From NCBI GenBank assembly GCA_043228905.1, contig JBHGNT010000011.1:11594001-11658000 (forward strand): a stretch of DNA of 64,000 nt. Reading direction: 5' to 3'. Positions 23,610 through 37,657 of this stretch are shown piece by piece (the stretch's first letter is position 1; every line of letters begins with the position of its first letter). The notes beneath the pieces were generated by a model. The model was not told the DNA's origin and did not search any database. It worked only from the letters and a program-made list of their open reading frames with translations. The DNA comes from Azolla caroliniana. Its lineage: Eukaryota > Plantae > Polypodiophyta. A program made the position numbers and the translations under genes.

Positions 23610-24835
23610 ATGGATTTGGAGATCGAACAGTTGGATGTCAAAATCGCATTTCTACACGAGGAGTTAGATGAGGAGATCTACATGCATCAACCCAAAGGCT
23701 TTGAGGAGAAAGGGAAAGAGAATCTGGTGTGTCAACTGAGGAAAAGTTTGTATGGTTTGAAACAAGCTCCATGCCAATGGTACAAGAAATTCGAGTCCTT
23801 CATGATGGAACATCGGTTCCAGAAAACACAAGTTGATCACTGTGTGTTCGTCAAAAGGTACAAGGAAGCAGATTTCTTGATTCTCTTGCTATATGTTGAT
23901 GATATGTTGATAGTCGGTCAAGACACAAGGAAGATTGGAAGCTTGAAGAAAGCTCTTGGCAAATCATTTGCCATGAAAGAACTTGGACCGGCAAAGCAAA
24001 TCCTAGGAATGCACATAACCCAAGATAGAGCTCGGAAGGTGCTATGGTTGTCATAACAGAAGTATATGACGAAGATCCTAGAGAGGTTCAACATGTCGAA
24101 TGCAAAGCCGGTCGGCTCAGTCTGCCGACAGATTGCAGACTAAATGCGAAACAGTGTCCAAAAGGGCAGAAGGAAAAGGTTGAGATGAAGAAGGTACCAT
24201 ATGCCTCAGTAGTCGGCAGTCTAATGTATGCTATGGTCTATACGAGACTAGACATAGCATTTGTTGTGGGAGCAGTAAGCCGATATATGAGTAATCCAGG
24301 GAGAGAACACTAGGCAGCAGTGAAGTGGATAGTCAAGTACCTGAATGGCACCTCTGTGCTGGAAGGTTTTACCGATTCGGACATGTCAGGAGATGCCGAC
24401 TCGAGCCGATCCACGTCAGGGTTCGTGATGACCTATGCAGGGGGAGCAGTGTCTTGGCAGTCACGACTGCAGAAGTCTATACCCTTGTCAACTACAGAGG
24501 CAAAGTATATGGCAGCGGTAGAAGCTGGAAAAGAGTTGATCTGGATGAGAAATTTTCTCACCAAACTAAGCATGGAGCAAAAGGATTTCTTGCTTCACTG
24601 TGACAGTCAAAGCGCCATACACCTAGCCAAGAACGTGGCATACCACTCCCGGACCAAGCACATACAGAGGAGGTATCACTGGTTGCGGGAGAGAGTCGAA
24701 GAAGGAGAGTTTTCCCTTGTGAAGATCCATACCGACGACAATGGATCTGACATGCTGACGAAGAACCTACCTTTGGACAGACTCAGAGTCTGTCAACAAA
24801 ATACAGGACTGACAGATTTCCTCCCACAGGAGTGA
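23610..24835 (+). pseudogene. Copia A RT(C)-RNase H
   Basis: QLDVKIAFLH; LYGLKQAP; LLYVDDM; FTDSD; CDSQSAIHL; RTKHI; SDMLTK. Confidence 0.95.
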
Positions 24836-24845
24836 AGGGGGAGTT

Positions 24846-25558
24846 TGCTGGGAATATGTCCCTCCAGTGGGAGGAAGAACTGACTGATTGGAAAGCCGAC
24901 AGTCGATGACAGGGAAGATCCGACTGTTCGGAAAGCCGACAGTCGAAGAGTCGAAAACAGTGAGTCAACGGTTTGAAGATTCGACTATTATTATTATAGT
25001 AATAATAATGATGATGATGTTAGGAAACTGGTCTCTCCGGATGGGGAGAGAGAGGAGCCGAGTTGATGAGGGACTCAGTTGAGGCCGAAACCGGAAACTT
25101 GTATATAGCCAACTCGGGAGACTATAATTGTAAATAGTCTAAGAGTGCGCCCCATGAGGGCTACGTATGTAAATAGCCAGAAAAGTTGTGTAAGTATATA
25201 TGCAACTAGGGCAAACTTTAATTGTGCAGTGGAACAATGTAAGAGCAGTAGTTGTAGAACGTGAGAGTGTGTGAAAGAGAGAAGTGTGACCCGCGCCATA
25301 GCTGTGTGTGTAACAACAGACGCGAAGAGCCTTGTGCGATTGGGCTGATACACTCGACAGAGTGTTGTATTCCTCTCGGTGTTGTATATCCACTTTGTAT
25401 AGTGAAGATTTTGTTCACCCATGGTTTTCCCCGTTTTAGGGTTTCCACATAAATCTTTATGCACCATTGTTTATCTTGTCTTTCTGGCATTTCTATGATT
25501 CGTATTTCAGCGCGTAGTTTGTTTATTGTGATTTATATTCCACAACGATTTCTCAACG
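24846..25558 (+). repeat. 3' LTR of copia A
   Basis: Direct repeat of 4984-5691, preceded by the PPT. Confidence 0.93.
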
Positions 25559-26261
25559 AACATATACATACGTCAAGAGTGCATCTGGCTCGTGTCTATT
25601 AGCTGCCAAATCATAAATAGGGTTGGTGAGGGAATCGCGGCCATAGACAGTGCATATCGGTCAGCTGATGGTGCATGTGATCTGCACTGTTTGATTTGGA
25701 TAAAAAAGAACGTGTGAAAAAAATCTGTCTGAGGTCGCCTAACACTGAGTCCTCGGTCGCCCAACCACATTTGGTCGCCCAACTCTAACCGTTGCAGGTC
25801 ACCTGACCGTGACAAGTCACCCAACCAAATGTATCATTTCTACCAAAATCTTCTAATAAGTCTTATCTTTAAACTTAAAACTTAAAATAACAAATCAAAT
25901 AAAACATTAAAATCGACGAACTTCACCATACTTAAAACTTAGTCTTAACAACAAAAAATCATCTTAAAACATAAAACATAAAACTTAAAACATAAATCAA
26001 CTTATAACATACTTGAAACATAAAACTTAGGACATAAATCAACTAAAACATACTTGATTCATAAACCCAATTACAATGGTCCGCAAAACCAAACAAATCC
26101 GGTCATTTGAAATTGACTAAACTAAAGTTCATAAAGTAAACATTCTAAACTAAAGTTCCTAAACAACCACTCAAGCCATGTTTATGGCTCATCTGGAGAT
26201 GATGGCAAGATGCGGCTACAATTCTTGCAACAATCAACATTCGATTCCCTTGATCTAAAGG

Positions 26262-28550
26262 TCAAGGCATCAGAATGCAAGCATTGAATCTTCTCTGACG
26301 CACACATTGGAAATCACCTCCTAGCTCGACTTGCACCTCTGTGCATTTTTCCAGTGTGTGTTTTGGAAGAGTTTGGGGAGCTACCAATAAGAGGGCAATA
26401 AGATATTGTGAAATGTTGACTGATGCTCCTCTCTTTGCACCAACTGCTTGCTTCTGGCTTAAGGATCCACCGTCTTCTTCATTGGTTGGTTTCGGTGCAC
26501 CAACATGATACACCATATGTCTCATTTCTAAAATGGACACCATACATGCCAAAATTTTCTCATGGTCGAGGGATCATAACCCTTGCATGAGACATTGAAT
26601 AGCTGCCTTATTTTAACTCCCATTCCTCCATATCTGATGTTATAGGGTTTGTCTCCTCGATTGGTCCTACCGAGTCTATCTCCACTTCTATTTTTGTGAA
26701 ATGGTCATTGCGCATATGGGGCCGCGTAATCTATTAAAGGCAATGACCCACATAGATGTGGCATGTGCCTCTCAATAATCATCTAGATGCCGAGTATATG
26801 CTTACATTTACTCGTAGGGTCTCAACAATCACGATATGACCATTGGAGTGATACATTATACCATAGAGTGGGTTTTGTCAAGCTCAAAATTTTTAACCAA
26901 TATCGAGGCCCGTCCACAATATGCACTATTGCATTATTAGATCCTCTCAGCCTCCTGAAATCTTGACCATTGATCCCTACAATTTGCACGGGGTGCAAAT
27001 CTACCATTGTCACATATTTCTTGTCGTTGATTGTACCATTCAATAATGGTCCCTCCGACGCAAGTGCCAATTTCACTATCCCTGATTAAAACATGCATCG
27101 GTTTATTCTTCCTCTCAAGGCGGTATATTTGATAAACTGCCAATGTCTCTCCACAATATTGGTAGTGTCAACATGTCCCTAGTTGAACATTCTACCAAAC
27201 TTGCCACAATTTCCTCCACACATCTCAAGCCACACCATCCTCCTTCTATATATTACCAAACACATGGCTTGTTTGCATATTCTACCTTTAACTCCTCACA
27301 TTGGGCACTAAATGTGGATTCTGTAATGGATTGCATGAGTTGGCACATTTGGTTATAAAGACGATTTCTCTCAGTTTCAATTACCTTTGGCAACAAGTTT
27401 TCCACCCATGCTTTTTTGGCGTGGAACTGACACAACAAAAATTGACAATGTGTTTGCAACCTTTGCCCATTTGCAGCAAATCTAAGATTGATGGTCTACT
27501 ACAACCACATTACTTGTGGCATTATATGATGTCCAACTTGTATCGATGACTATCACAATTGGCCTCACATTTGGCATCTTTGCGAATATGACTCTCAAGC
27601 AAGTTTCTAAAGCTACTTGCTCATGGTTTGACCCCTTATCAGAACTACATATCATGTACCATAATGGGATACCAATTCCCATGACATTTGGGGCCACAAC
27701 TACATATAATGGAAGCCCAAATTGGTTGGTTTTAAACGTGGAGTCGATTGTCCAAGAGTTGTTTATTCTCAATCGCTCAAACATTTCTAATATCCATTCA
27801 TCTTGAAGCACCAAGATAAATGGTTGCCTTGTTGGAGATCCATATTCACCATTCAAGTAAGGTTGGACATGAGCCACCTTCCCAAGATCTCGAAGTGCAT
27901 AGGCATCTTGCATCATCAAAGACCAGTCAGCCTCTGACATGGCACTCCCAATTTTTAACATGTTGGCCATGTTATGGACCTCCTTTGGTATCATAAAGAA
28001 CCTATAACTAGCAAGAACCTATAACTAGCAAGGTCTAATGTACTAGCCTTGGACTTATGATATGCTTCCTTACGCATGCTCATCTGTGCCACTTGTCGTG
28101 CACATCCAACATAAAAAAGGTCATCTTTGCAACAACTTATAACATTTGGGTGTGCCGGCAAATAGTACGCATCCGGTATACTTCCCAGTACATGACCACT
28201 ATGAAGTCCATATATTGAAATGGTCATGGTCCCATGGTCAACCCTGTCATTCCTTCGACCGTCCACATGGAAAGTAGACCCACATCAAGATGAAGGCTTT
28301 CTACATCGAGTGCATGGATATTGTCGTTTGGGCTTACCGGCTCAATGACAATTAAACCTAGTCACATGTGCACCCCTTGTGACCCCTTTACACAAGCATG
28401 TGTGGTATTTCTTTTGCACATCTGTGAGCGTATCTCTACTGTATGGGCCTCTATCTTGATCACTTCTATGGGTCTAGACTTTTTATATTTCACGACACTT
28501 GTCCCCCCATGTGAGATGGAGTTGACTTCAACACAAGTTGACAACCACAT
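26262..28550 (-). pseudogene. MULE-type DDE transposase, fragmented
   Basis: FILVLQDEW, IDSTFKTNQFGLPLY, GIPLWYMI, IVIDTS, LLCQFHAKKAW; a 17-bp tandem duplication at 27996-28029 shifts the frame. Confidence 0.85.
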
Positions 28551-29279
28551 CGATCAACTAGTGCTTTCACATATGCACTAGGGATCCCATGACACCAACA
28601 CTACCTCCCTCCAATTCTCTACGTAAGTAACCTAAAGATTAGGTGATTCCTTAAGGTAGATCGCAATCTCATTCCTAAGCATGAGACGATTCTTCATGCA
28701 CCTCCATGCATGGAGATTGAGAGGTGCACCCCTTGCGACTGTGCTTAATGTTTCAAACGTTACCTTCACTTGACCCGATAAATATTTAAGCATCAAATCA
28801 TACGTACCTCTTGTGAAAGCAAAATACCTGGCCGAACAGTACATGAAGGGATCAACCTCCTCATCCTCCCGTTTGGATGAAGACGACTCCCAATCTTCGT
28901 CGGATGAAGACCACACCAACACTTCGTCGGATGTAGACAATTCCAACTCTTCGTCGAAAGTTGTGGAGTATGGTGACGCATAACCATCCTCGTAGTCATA
29001 CAATGAGGTGATCAAATCATGGTCATGTGGATTTATCGCAATGATCTTCTAAATGTTGATGTGATTAATTGGATACCAAGATGTGATTAATTGAAAATTT
29101 CAAAATCAAATGTGAGTAATTAGAGTATGAATCAGATGTGTCTTGTTGGAGTATGAATTAGATGTGAATCAGATTAATTGGGTTTATAGTGACTCAAACT
29201 CTATGATTAAAAACATGTTAATATGACCGTTTTTTTGGCCGTTTAATCAAAAACGCGTTAATTCGATTGTTGCCTGCTA

Positions 29280-30125
29280 GCGGTTGGGCGACCTCATTCA
29301 AATGTTGGGCGAACTCATCATAGAATGGACAACCTGATTATGTTTGTTGGGCGACTTGCCCGCGACTTGATTAATAGGTCGGGCAAGCTTATTAAAATAG
29401 GTTGGGCGAGCTAATAATAGAAAAGATAACCATATTAATCAGGTTGGGCGACCTCATTAAAAGGTTGGCAAACCTTATTAGAATATGTTGGGCAACGTGA
29501 TCGACCTAAACTCTAATAATCAATAATCAATCATCAAGCAAAAACCTAAACATTTTCTGAAAAATAGGATTTATACCAAAACCCTCCATAATCAATAATC
29601 AATATCCGTGGATCAAGCCAAACCCTAAACAATTTCTAAAATCAAGTGATCAAGCAAAATCCTAAACCTTTTCCCGAACCCTAATCCCTCGACATGAAAA
29701 ATCCTTGCACATCAAATAAAATTTGTAGAAAAAGTAGAAACTAACACAAATACATACCTGGGAAATATATGGGTGGCTATGGCAATGGATGTAATCGAGG
29801 ACTGGCCTCCCGACAAAAAACCTTGACAATCTCATTTGAAAAAATGAGAGAAAATGACAAGTTTCAGGGTTTTACACACCTCGGTTGGGCAACCACGCAT
29901 TGGTTGGGTGACCACACATCGGTTGGGCGACCACAATATGGGGTGACCACAATAGGTAGTTGGATGATTATTGATAGGAAGGTTGGGCGACCACATTTTG
30001 ATATGTAGGTTGGACGACCACAATAGGCAGTTGGACGATTACTGATAGTCTTGGGCAACTGAGGACTCACAGTTGGGCGATTACTGATAGGGTTGGGCGA
30101 CCGAATACTCAGAATTGGGCGACTT
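29280..30125. repeat. Subterminal GGTTGGGCGACC motif arrays of the MULE
   Basis: Many variants at 29280-29500 and 29880-30125; inverse GGTCGCCCAAC copies at 25733-25830. Confidence 0.85.
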
Positions 30126-32541
30126 CTGTCATCTTTTTTTATCATGCATTTTTTTCATCCAAATCGGATGGTGCAAATCACACGTGCCATCAGTTGAGTG
30201 ACCTGCACCGTCCGTGACCGCAATTCCCTCGTCAACCCTATTTATGATTCGGTAGCTAATAGACACGTCGGTGCATCTTGAACATAAAGGTGTGAGCATA
30301 GATAGTCCATATGTCCCATAAAGGATATGGGCATAGTTTGGCTAACACATATTTCTAGTATCAATGAGACATTTTTATGGCTAATTATGTTTACACACTA
30401 AAGCCAATTAAATGCTTGCAAACTTCTATGAAACAATATATTATTAAGGTGCCAAAGTTCTCTTAAAGAATATTCGCAATACCATGTAAGAGTTGCATTA
30501 AAATGGAGGATAAAAGGTTCACACTAATGTTATGCATGCAAACCTTAGCACTACTGGCAATGAGATTAAGTGAATCGTATGTAAGTATTATCTAGATGAG
30601 AAATACAAAGCTCAAATACAAGGGATTGAAATATTGGATGTTGAGTACGTGTGGAGAGGGGTTTTTATATAGACTTCAAAGTAGAAGCTCATCGCATGAG
30701 CCTTGTATAGATTGACCACACTTGTGTGTCAACATTAGGAACTTCTAACCTAATGATGCTTGTTTACATGTGGGGCATGAGAATGATAGCCTCCAACAAC
30801 CATCCCCATTGGAGAGGCCTATGAAGTTCCTCCCCTTGGACAATGATAGCATAAGTCATAGGACAAACAAGTTATGAACCTCTTGAGGAACAAGAGTGAT
30901 GAAAATTAATCAACATATCTCCTCTCAAAAAACCAATGCAAATGATCAACAAGAGCAATCATGCAACAATGGCAAGGACGATCCTCCAATTGAACAACAC
31001 GAATCATAGGACAAAGCTATACGCCTACCTTGGAAAAAATACAACCAAAATTAATCAACTTATCTCCATTAGAACATCAATACTGGAAGTGATTGCTCAA
31101 GGAATAATGACAAGGACAACAAAAAATTATAAGGATCCCCTTCATTAACAATAAGAAGCAAGGGATAATAGACAAATTGTATGGTTCATACTTTGAGCAA
31201 TAAAGCAACTAGATGAACAAAGTTAAGACTCATCATTCGTGAGAGGGAGAAACAAAGTGAACAATCACTTTTACATATCCAAAATAGAATGAAAACTACT
31301 AACCAAATGAATTGACAATTATGCCACAAATCTTGTCTTAATAGCAATAGGACAATGCAACAACTAGAATTATGGTTTTTTATCATGTACAAAGTTGCAG
31401 TTAGGAAATGATTGCCTAGAAATTTGACATGATGGCTCTTGTATTTCAGTAACGCACATAGGAAAGGGATGCCAACGAAGAAAATGATGATTATGATAAT
31501 TCAAGCAAAATTATGGAAGTAAATAAAAAAGGACAAAACCCTACATTCAACATGATGAGATGTACAAACCCTACTTATATACATTGCTTGCAATGAGATT
31601 AAGCGAAACAAGGTGTGAGAATATTACCAAATCATTGTGAGACCACATTATGAGATATTGAGAAATTCGATGATGCATTTATGTAGGCTACAAAGTAGAG
31701 ACTAGAAGGTCATTGTCACCATGCATGATCCTTTCCATCCAAACTAGAATCTTTGTATCTCAAGCATGTTTTACATGTGGGGCATTTCGAGCAACCTCTC
31801 AAAACTATTCCACATAAAAATCCTACAAAAATGTTAATCTTGATGGATTCTGCGAGTGAAATGCTTGAATATGGGATTCAATAATACAAAAATCACACTA
31901 CAGCAATGAACTATGCCACACCTCACAACAGCAACTTCCTAGAATTTTCTTTCAATATTTTGCTAAGAAAACCAAAGCATGACACATGTATGTATACACA
32001 AAGAGTATGTCTTTAAATTGCCTTATTTTCTATTCCAAATGACACACCCAAAGAGTTAATCTTCCTCATTCCAACAAGTGAAAGTATGAACTTTGAGATC
32101 CTCCTTTGCAGGCAATTATTATAAAGGGAACAAAATCTGGTCAACAATACATAACAGTTACCACTAGCTTGTGTGATAATTTCCGGTATTTTCCAATCAT
32201 TTCAGTTCATGCATGAAATAGAAACACGCCAAATAAGTAAGGAAAATCCCACAAATAAGTAAACGAAAATTTCCTGAACACCTTCCCAAACAAAGTATGA
32301 GCTTACATTCACCTTGCTTATCTAAGCTTGTTATATACAATTCCCATAGATAAATAGTATAACAAAAACCAACTAAAGGAGGTCACAAGAACAATTACCT
32401 AAAAGCCCAGATTCAGTGGGTGTTCAACCATTAAGAATGAAATTCCCAGTATAATGAGTATACTCCCCTCCATTGGTAGAGCTCTGATGAATAAAACTCA
32501 CCTCCAAGGCATAGAAAAACATCAAAAAACTTGTTGTTCTA

Positions 32542-35500
32542 TCACTCATTAAGACGTGCTCGTTTCCTCTTCAATTTAGCAAAGAACTCATATATATCAT
32601 CACTAGTTATGGCCTCTCCAGACTCGTAGGATGCCTGCATCACCACCCAGCATCGTGTACTATTAGTATTTAGATTTCTAATAAGATAAAAAAAAGAAGG
32701 AAAAGCCCCAAAATGGCCCCAAGTTTGTGATATTTCCCCAAATTCCCTTGGTCAGCTCCAAAAGAGCAACAGTATTGCTAGGATTTGCGTTGTCAATTAA
32801 TCGCTTCTTTACTACCATTCAGGGGGTTTGACCAAGGGCATGTGGGAAAATAAAGAAAACCTAGAGGGTATTTCAGAGCTTCTACCCGGAAAAAAAGAGA
32901 TATCTGATTGATGAAAATATATGAGAGCCATACAAAGAATGAAGAAAGTTGAGAGGTCATGTCATTGAGCCCATGTAAGAACTCGATTTGGCCCACACGA
33001 CTCAGGTTGTTGAGAAAAGATAGATCTTCCATCTTCTCTTTCCTTTTCTGTTTTGCCTTCTCTTCATATTTTGCTATTGTATCGTCAGGATCTAACAAAA
33101 AGCTGACACCCTTTGTAGAATACATGGCATAGCATGTTTCACATCGGCATAGCTCCGATCTCCAATCTTTCTTCAGGAAGGAAGCCCTATTATGCAAATT
33201 TACTTTGTTTCTGGAATCAGTTTCTTCAAAAATTAACACGGCGTCTCTTCTGTTTGCAAGCTTAAGATTCTCTCTTGATTTTAGCTTGCAACCATATTGT
33301 CCTTGGTCACATTTGACTGTAGCTGATTCATGGAAATTAGGTTGTTCAGGGTCCTTTTTTTTATCTGATTCCACTACCATTGTGGAATTAGTATTTAAAT
33401 CTAGAGAAAACGATTCCTTTGATGGATTCACAAGAGGAGTCTGGGTAGCATCATCAATTGCCACAAGATTATTATCCACATTTCTCATGTTAGTGCAATT
33501 ATTTTCAGTGAATTCGTCTTCTTTGTGGATTTTACTCGAATCAGGAATAGACACCAAGAGGTCATCATAGTATGATAAGAAGTCTAGAGAAGTTGTACAT
33601 GATGGACATATAAGCTCCTCATACAAGGGCTCCCCTTCATCATCTCTTGGTACCTGAAATAGATTTACGAGAACCGTTGTTATAAATGGTATCATACTTC
33701 AAATGTCTACTACAGATAGTTAATATGAAAGCTGACCAAGTTTGAGATGACTAAACACGTTCTTTAACGGGAAAACATCAAAATATCCCCAATTTTCACT
33801 TTTATTCCCAAATTCATAGGTGGTCAAAACCCCGAAAGAGAGAAAAATGAGATAAATTTACCATACAATTGCTCAAATAGCACACATATTTGAGAAAAGA
33901 CGGATGCATTGCCCATAAAATTGCTCAAAAGTGGGATCAACTAAGGGCGTTCGAGAAATAAAGTAAACTCAGGGTATTTCCGAGTCTCTCCTACTTTGCA
34001 TTTTGTTCAAATCGACTAAGAAAAGAGATTTTGCATTTGGTTCACACCTCTTCTGTTGACGCTAGACTGAGATGAACTTCGTGAAACCAGTCCTCGCACA
34101 CACAACACTGCAGCATCTCTCCCATATCTTCCTCACAGTCGGGATCTGGATATGGTCTTTTACAAGTGCAATACACACCAGTAAAGTTCTGATTATACAC
34201 ATTTTCACAGTTTTCTATATCCTTGCTCCCCAATAGCTTACATATTCCAATCCCGAACTTGGAATTGCCACAATCACAACGGAAGTGTCTTCTCGTCCAG
34301 ATTTCAATAACCTAACAAAGAGCAGACAAAAACCAGCCCAATCTAAATTTAAAGTTTGATTACAGCTTGCAAAAAACGTGCACAGACTCAATACTGAAAA
34401 GTGTCATCGGAAAACTTGCACATTGAAAAGTTTTTCCTGTTTAAAAAACTAGACGGGGCATCCTAGTAAATAGTTAACATGAATCATACAACACAATTAG
34501 GGTTGCATAGGTTACCTCATGTCCATCATGACAAGCCATGGAACAAGCAGTGCAAACACCAGCATTTCCTTCAGGACAGCATGTAATGCAAGAGAATACA
34601 GCTTGCCTTGGTAGATAACCCTTTGAATATGTGCATTCCTTCCCATCGTCTCCACCAAGAAACATATCTACTTCCTTTACACACAAAATACGAGTTATTC
34701 GACCTGAGATCCTAATATACCAATATTTGAGAATCATAGTGAAAAGATCATAAAAACATACGATTAAATCATTACACCAAAATAGAGCATCGTATTTGAC
34801 TGAGATTTGAACAATGTGCATGAGCGCAGTTAGACGTTGTGTTAAAAACTATTATTAGACAATAGAGCATGAAATCAGAAAGAGATTTAAATATTTTACA
34901 TGAATGATGACACATACATTTCCTTTGTACAATCAAAATGTAACACGTTTTAATAGCGATAAAATTAACCAATATGAAGGGTTAAAATAAAGCTTCAGGT
35001 GTATACTTCCTTTGTACAGTCAAAATCTGATGGGTTAGGCCTTATGTTTAAAACTGTCATATTTCAAAGCACTATACAAGAAAGAGATCATGTACGTCAA
35101 AAGACAATATTTAGCATGAAATTCTAGTTCCCAAAAAAGGACCGTATCTATTGGACGTCAAATACTCGAAATGATACAAGTAATATGTCATTACGTTTAA
35201 ACCTATAACACTCATTTGCATTGGCATGCGAGTATTTGAACATTATGCATGCATGAAAAGGATCGAATTTTGCTTCTTCTCCTCGCAAAGGAAGAGAATA
35301 TGTTTACTTCCTTTGTACAGTGCACCTTTGTAATCTTATTACACGAAAATATAGCATCATAATGGAATAATGTTTGAAACTTGAGCAATCAACATCATAC
35401 AATAGCAAAAATGGAGCCTCGTACAACTCCAAGAATATTATACTGCAAACAAGCCTGAACATAAAACGAATACAAGTACTTCCCTCGTACAACTAATCGT

Positions 35501-35891
35501 TATGAACCTGTTCACTGCAAGAATATAGCATTATATTGCACATATGTATTCAAGGACATAAAATTACCATGACATTCTTAGATAGCTAGATCAACCAGAT
35601 CATGTGAGGTATTATATCTAGATTTAGCCTACAGATCTCTCCCAAATTAACAATAGGATAGCCTGATCAAGGAAACATGACTAAAAATATATCCAAATTA
35701 AGAGGCAAATCCATCGGTGTATTTAGAGTTTATTCAAAGTATGAGTCAAAACATCCGATTTTCAAACCTACCAATTCTTGTGCTTCCAGACCGTCAACGT
35801 ATTCTTTAATGGTGACAACAGTCTTCCCATCATCATCATCTTCTTCTTCTTCTTGAAATGAAACCACATCATTCTGGAAAGAAGAATCCAT
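32542..35891 (-). CDS. UBR7: UBR7-like E3 ubiquitin ligase (UBR-box plus PHD-like finger), 451 aa, 5 exons
   Basis: Exons 35891-35772, 34674-34516, 34311-34048, 33653-32934 and 32634-32542, all GT-AG phase 0; motifs CTYSKGYLPRQAVFSCITC, CHDGHE, RHFRCDCGN, NVYNQNFTGVYCTCKRPYPDP, QCCVCEDWFHE, WRSELCRC, ITSDDIYEFF. Confidence 0.93.
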
Positions 35892-35951
35892 GAAGTCTCT
35901 CTCTCTGACACACGCACGAACGCTCACGGAGATTTGAACAATGAAAAACCA

Positions 35952-35960
35952 AAACCCTAA
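35952..35960. promoter_or_regulatory. Telo-box upstream of the UBR7 ATG
   Basis: AAACCCTAA about 60 bp 5' of the start codon; a common plant housekeeping-gene element. Confidence 0.55.
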
Positions 35961-36311
35961 TTTGTGGTTTGTGCAGGCAACAGAGGGAGGCAAAATTGGG
36001 AGCGGAATTATTGGCGGGAAATATGAAATTCGTCCACAGAGAGGGAAGGGGGGGGAGGGGTAACGTTGTTTTCATTGGGAGGACCAAATATAGGCCTTCA
36101 GTTTTACTTATTTCCATATATGGCCCCCCGCCCCCGAAAAGAAAAAAACATAAACAAAAGAGAACAAACCCTTTCTTTCTCTCTAACTAAATTATAGTAC
36201 CAAAGGAACACAAATCTATTGATTGTATGTAAAACCTACTTGTTACAAATTCTTAGTCATTCTATACAATACCTTCCTATCTATAATTAGAGAGAGAGAG
36301 AGAGAGAGAGA

Positions 36312-37657
36312 TTATATTATCGTCTTTGGAGGTCAAATATGACCTATGACACCAAAAATATTGCATTTCACGTGATACGTGTGAAAGTGAGTAGTGACTC
36401 TCGATGTTCAAGAACTTTATCAATGAATGTTGCAATCGAGAGTGCACATTGTGGTTGTGAGAGGAATTCATGCAAGGATTGGACTCGGTCAAAGAGATGT
36501 GGAAAGCATGGTCGAATATGATCGAAGGCAGAGCATTGTATCGAAGTGTGATACTCAGACTTGCAAACTTGTTTAGGGCAAAGTGTGCATAGACGACCAC
36601 TCTCATCACTTGTGCCCCAACCCCCTGTCTCACATCGCAATGCATGTGAACTAAGTCGCATGGAAGCAATGGTTCAAACGGCAAATAACAGTATGGGCTC
36701 TAACATGTATCGATGTGTACGGTTTCCCTGTTTTGCAAAGAATATGGTTTTGTCATTAGGTGCAACATGTGTAGTATAATGTGTGAAGCATGAGCCTCCA
36801 TATTTGTCCCATGTCATGATACATTAGCGTTGCAAAAAGGCCTCATATATAGAGGAATCTTGTGATGCATCATGAAGCCAGTGTCTCGCATCCCATCTAC
36901 TAAACCATTTTTCTATATCTTGCATCCAACCGGAACACAAAATTTTGCTTTTATGCATCTTTTGGATCTTTTTGCTTGCTTCCCATGCAATTCTAGGAAG
37001 TCGATGTGAGGGACTTTTTTGAACCTTAAGTATGTATTCAACAACCCTTTCCATGGCCATGATCTCAATGGGAAGCGATCCCGTCTTAAGGAGGAGGAGG
37101 GTGTAGGGTGTTTGTTTCTTAACTTGTAGAAACTTTGTAATAAAATGTTTCTGGGCATTTTCAAACTCTTTCCACGTAGATTTAGGGATGCTACCGCCCC
37201 ATACTTCCACCCCATAGAGAAGAACCGGGGTCACCGAAGTGTCAAAAAGATATTTCTTGAGGACCCAACACTTCATATCTCCAAGATTGCATGTGTTATC
37301 AATTGCATAATATGCTCGCTTACCCGCCTCTAAGCGACGTGTAGCACATTCATTCCATTTATGATTTGAAGGAACTTCAAGGCCAAGATATTTGAAGCTT
37401 TCCACACATCCAAGTGGCTCATTGTTGTACATAATGCATGGTTTATCTATTTTTTGGCTCTTCACAAGCATAATCTTTGTTTTAGAGCTATCGACACTTA
37501 ATTTAGTGTGCATGCAAATTTTTCCAATGCCTTCATAAGCTTTTGAGCAATCTCCTAAAGTATTTGCAAAAAACACTACATCATCCGCATATAACAAAAG
37601 CGTAATCATAACATTCCCAATGGCAACTTCTTCAACACATTCTTCCTTTGCAAACTT
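36312..37657 (-). mobile_element. 5'-truncated LINE (RTE/RTEX-like) RT C-terminus
   Basis: LLYADD, FKYLG, PVLLYGVEVWG, RLSSHALRCETG, RLCTLC...EYH...C; short ATA tail; (GA)n on both sides (36289-36311 and 37658-37685). Confidence 0.9.

Larger units (their letters stand above)
4984..25558 (+). mobile_element. Ty1/copia LTR retrotransposon A (Tnt1/Tork-like), host of the left nest
   Basis: LTRs at 4984-5691 and 24846-25558; tRNA-iMet PBS TGGTATCAGAGC at 5695-5706; PPT AGGAGTGAAGGGGGAG before the 3' LTR; gag-PR-INT-RT-RH order; CATAT flanks at 4978-4982 and 25561-25565. Confidence 0.95.
25573..30281 (-). mobile_element. Mutator-like DNA transposon with ~200-bp imperfect TIRs
   Basis: Left CGTGTCTATTAGCTGCCAAATCATAAATAGGGTTG is the inverse of right CAACCCTATTTATGATTCGGTAGCTAATAGACACG; internal transposase remnant; TSD not resolved. 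Confidence 0.85.

Noticed and set aside
29280-30125. CRISPR-like spaced repeats
   Set aside because: Degenerate 12-mers with irregular spacing, eukaryotic context and no cas genes; these are transposon subterminal repeats.
30530-31830. Diverged ~1-kb-spaced duplication (GCAATGAGATTAAG, TTTACATGTGGGGCAT)
   Set aside because: Only short patches match; the unit and its origin cannot be defined.
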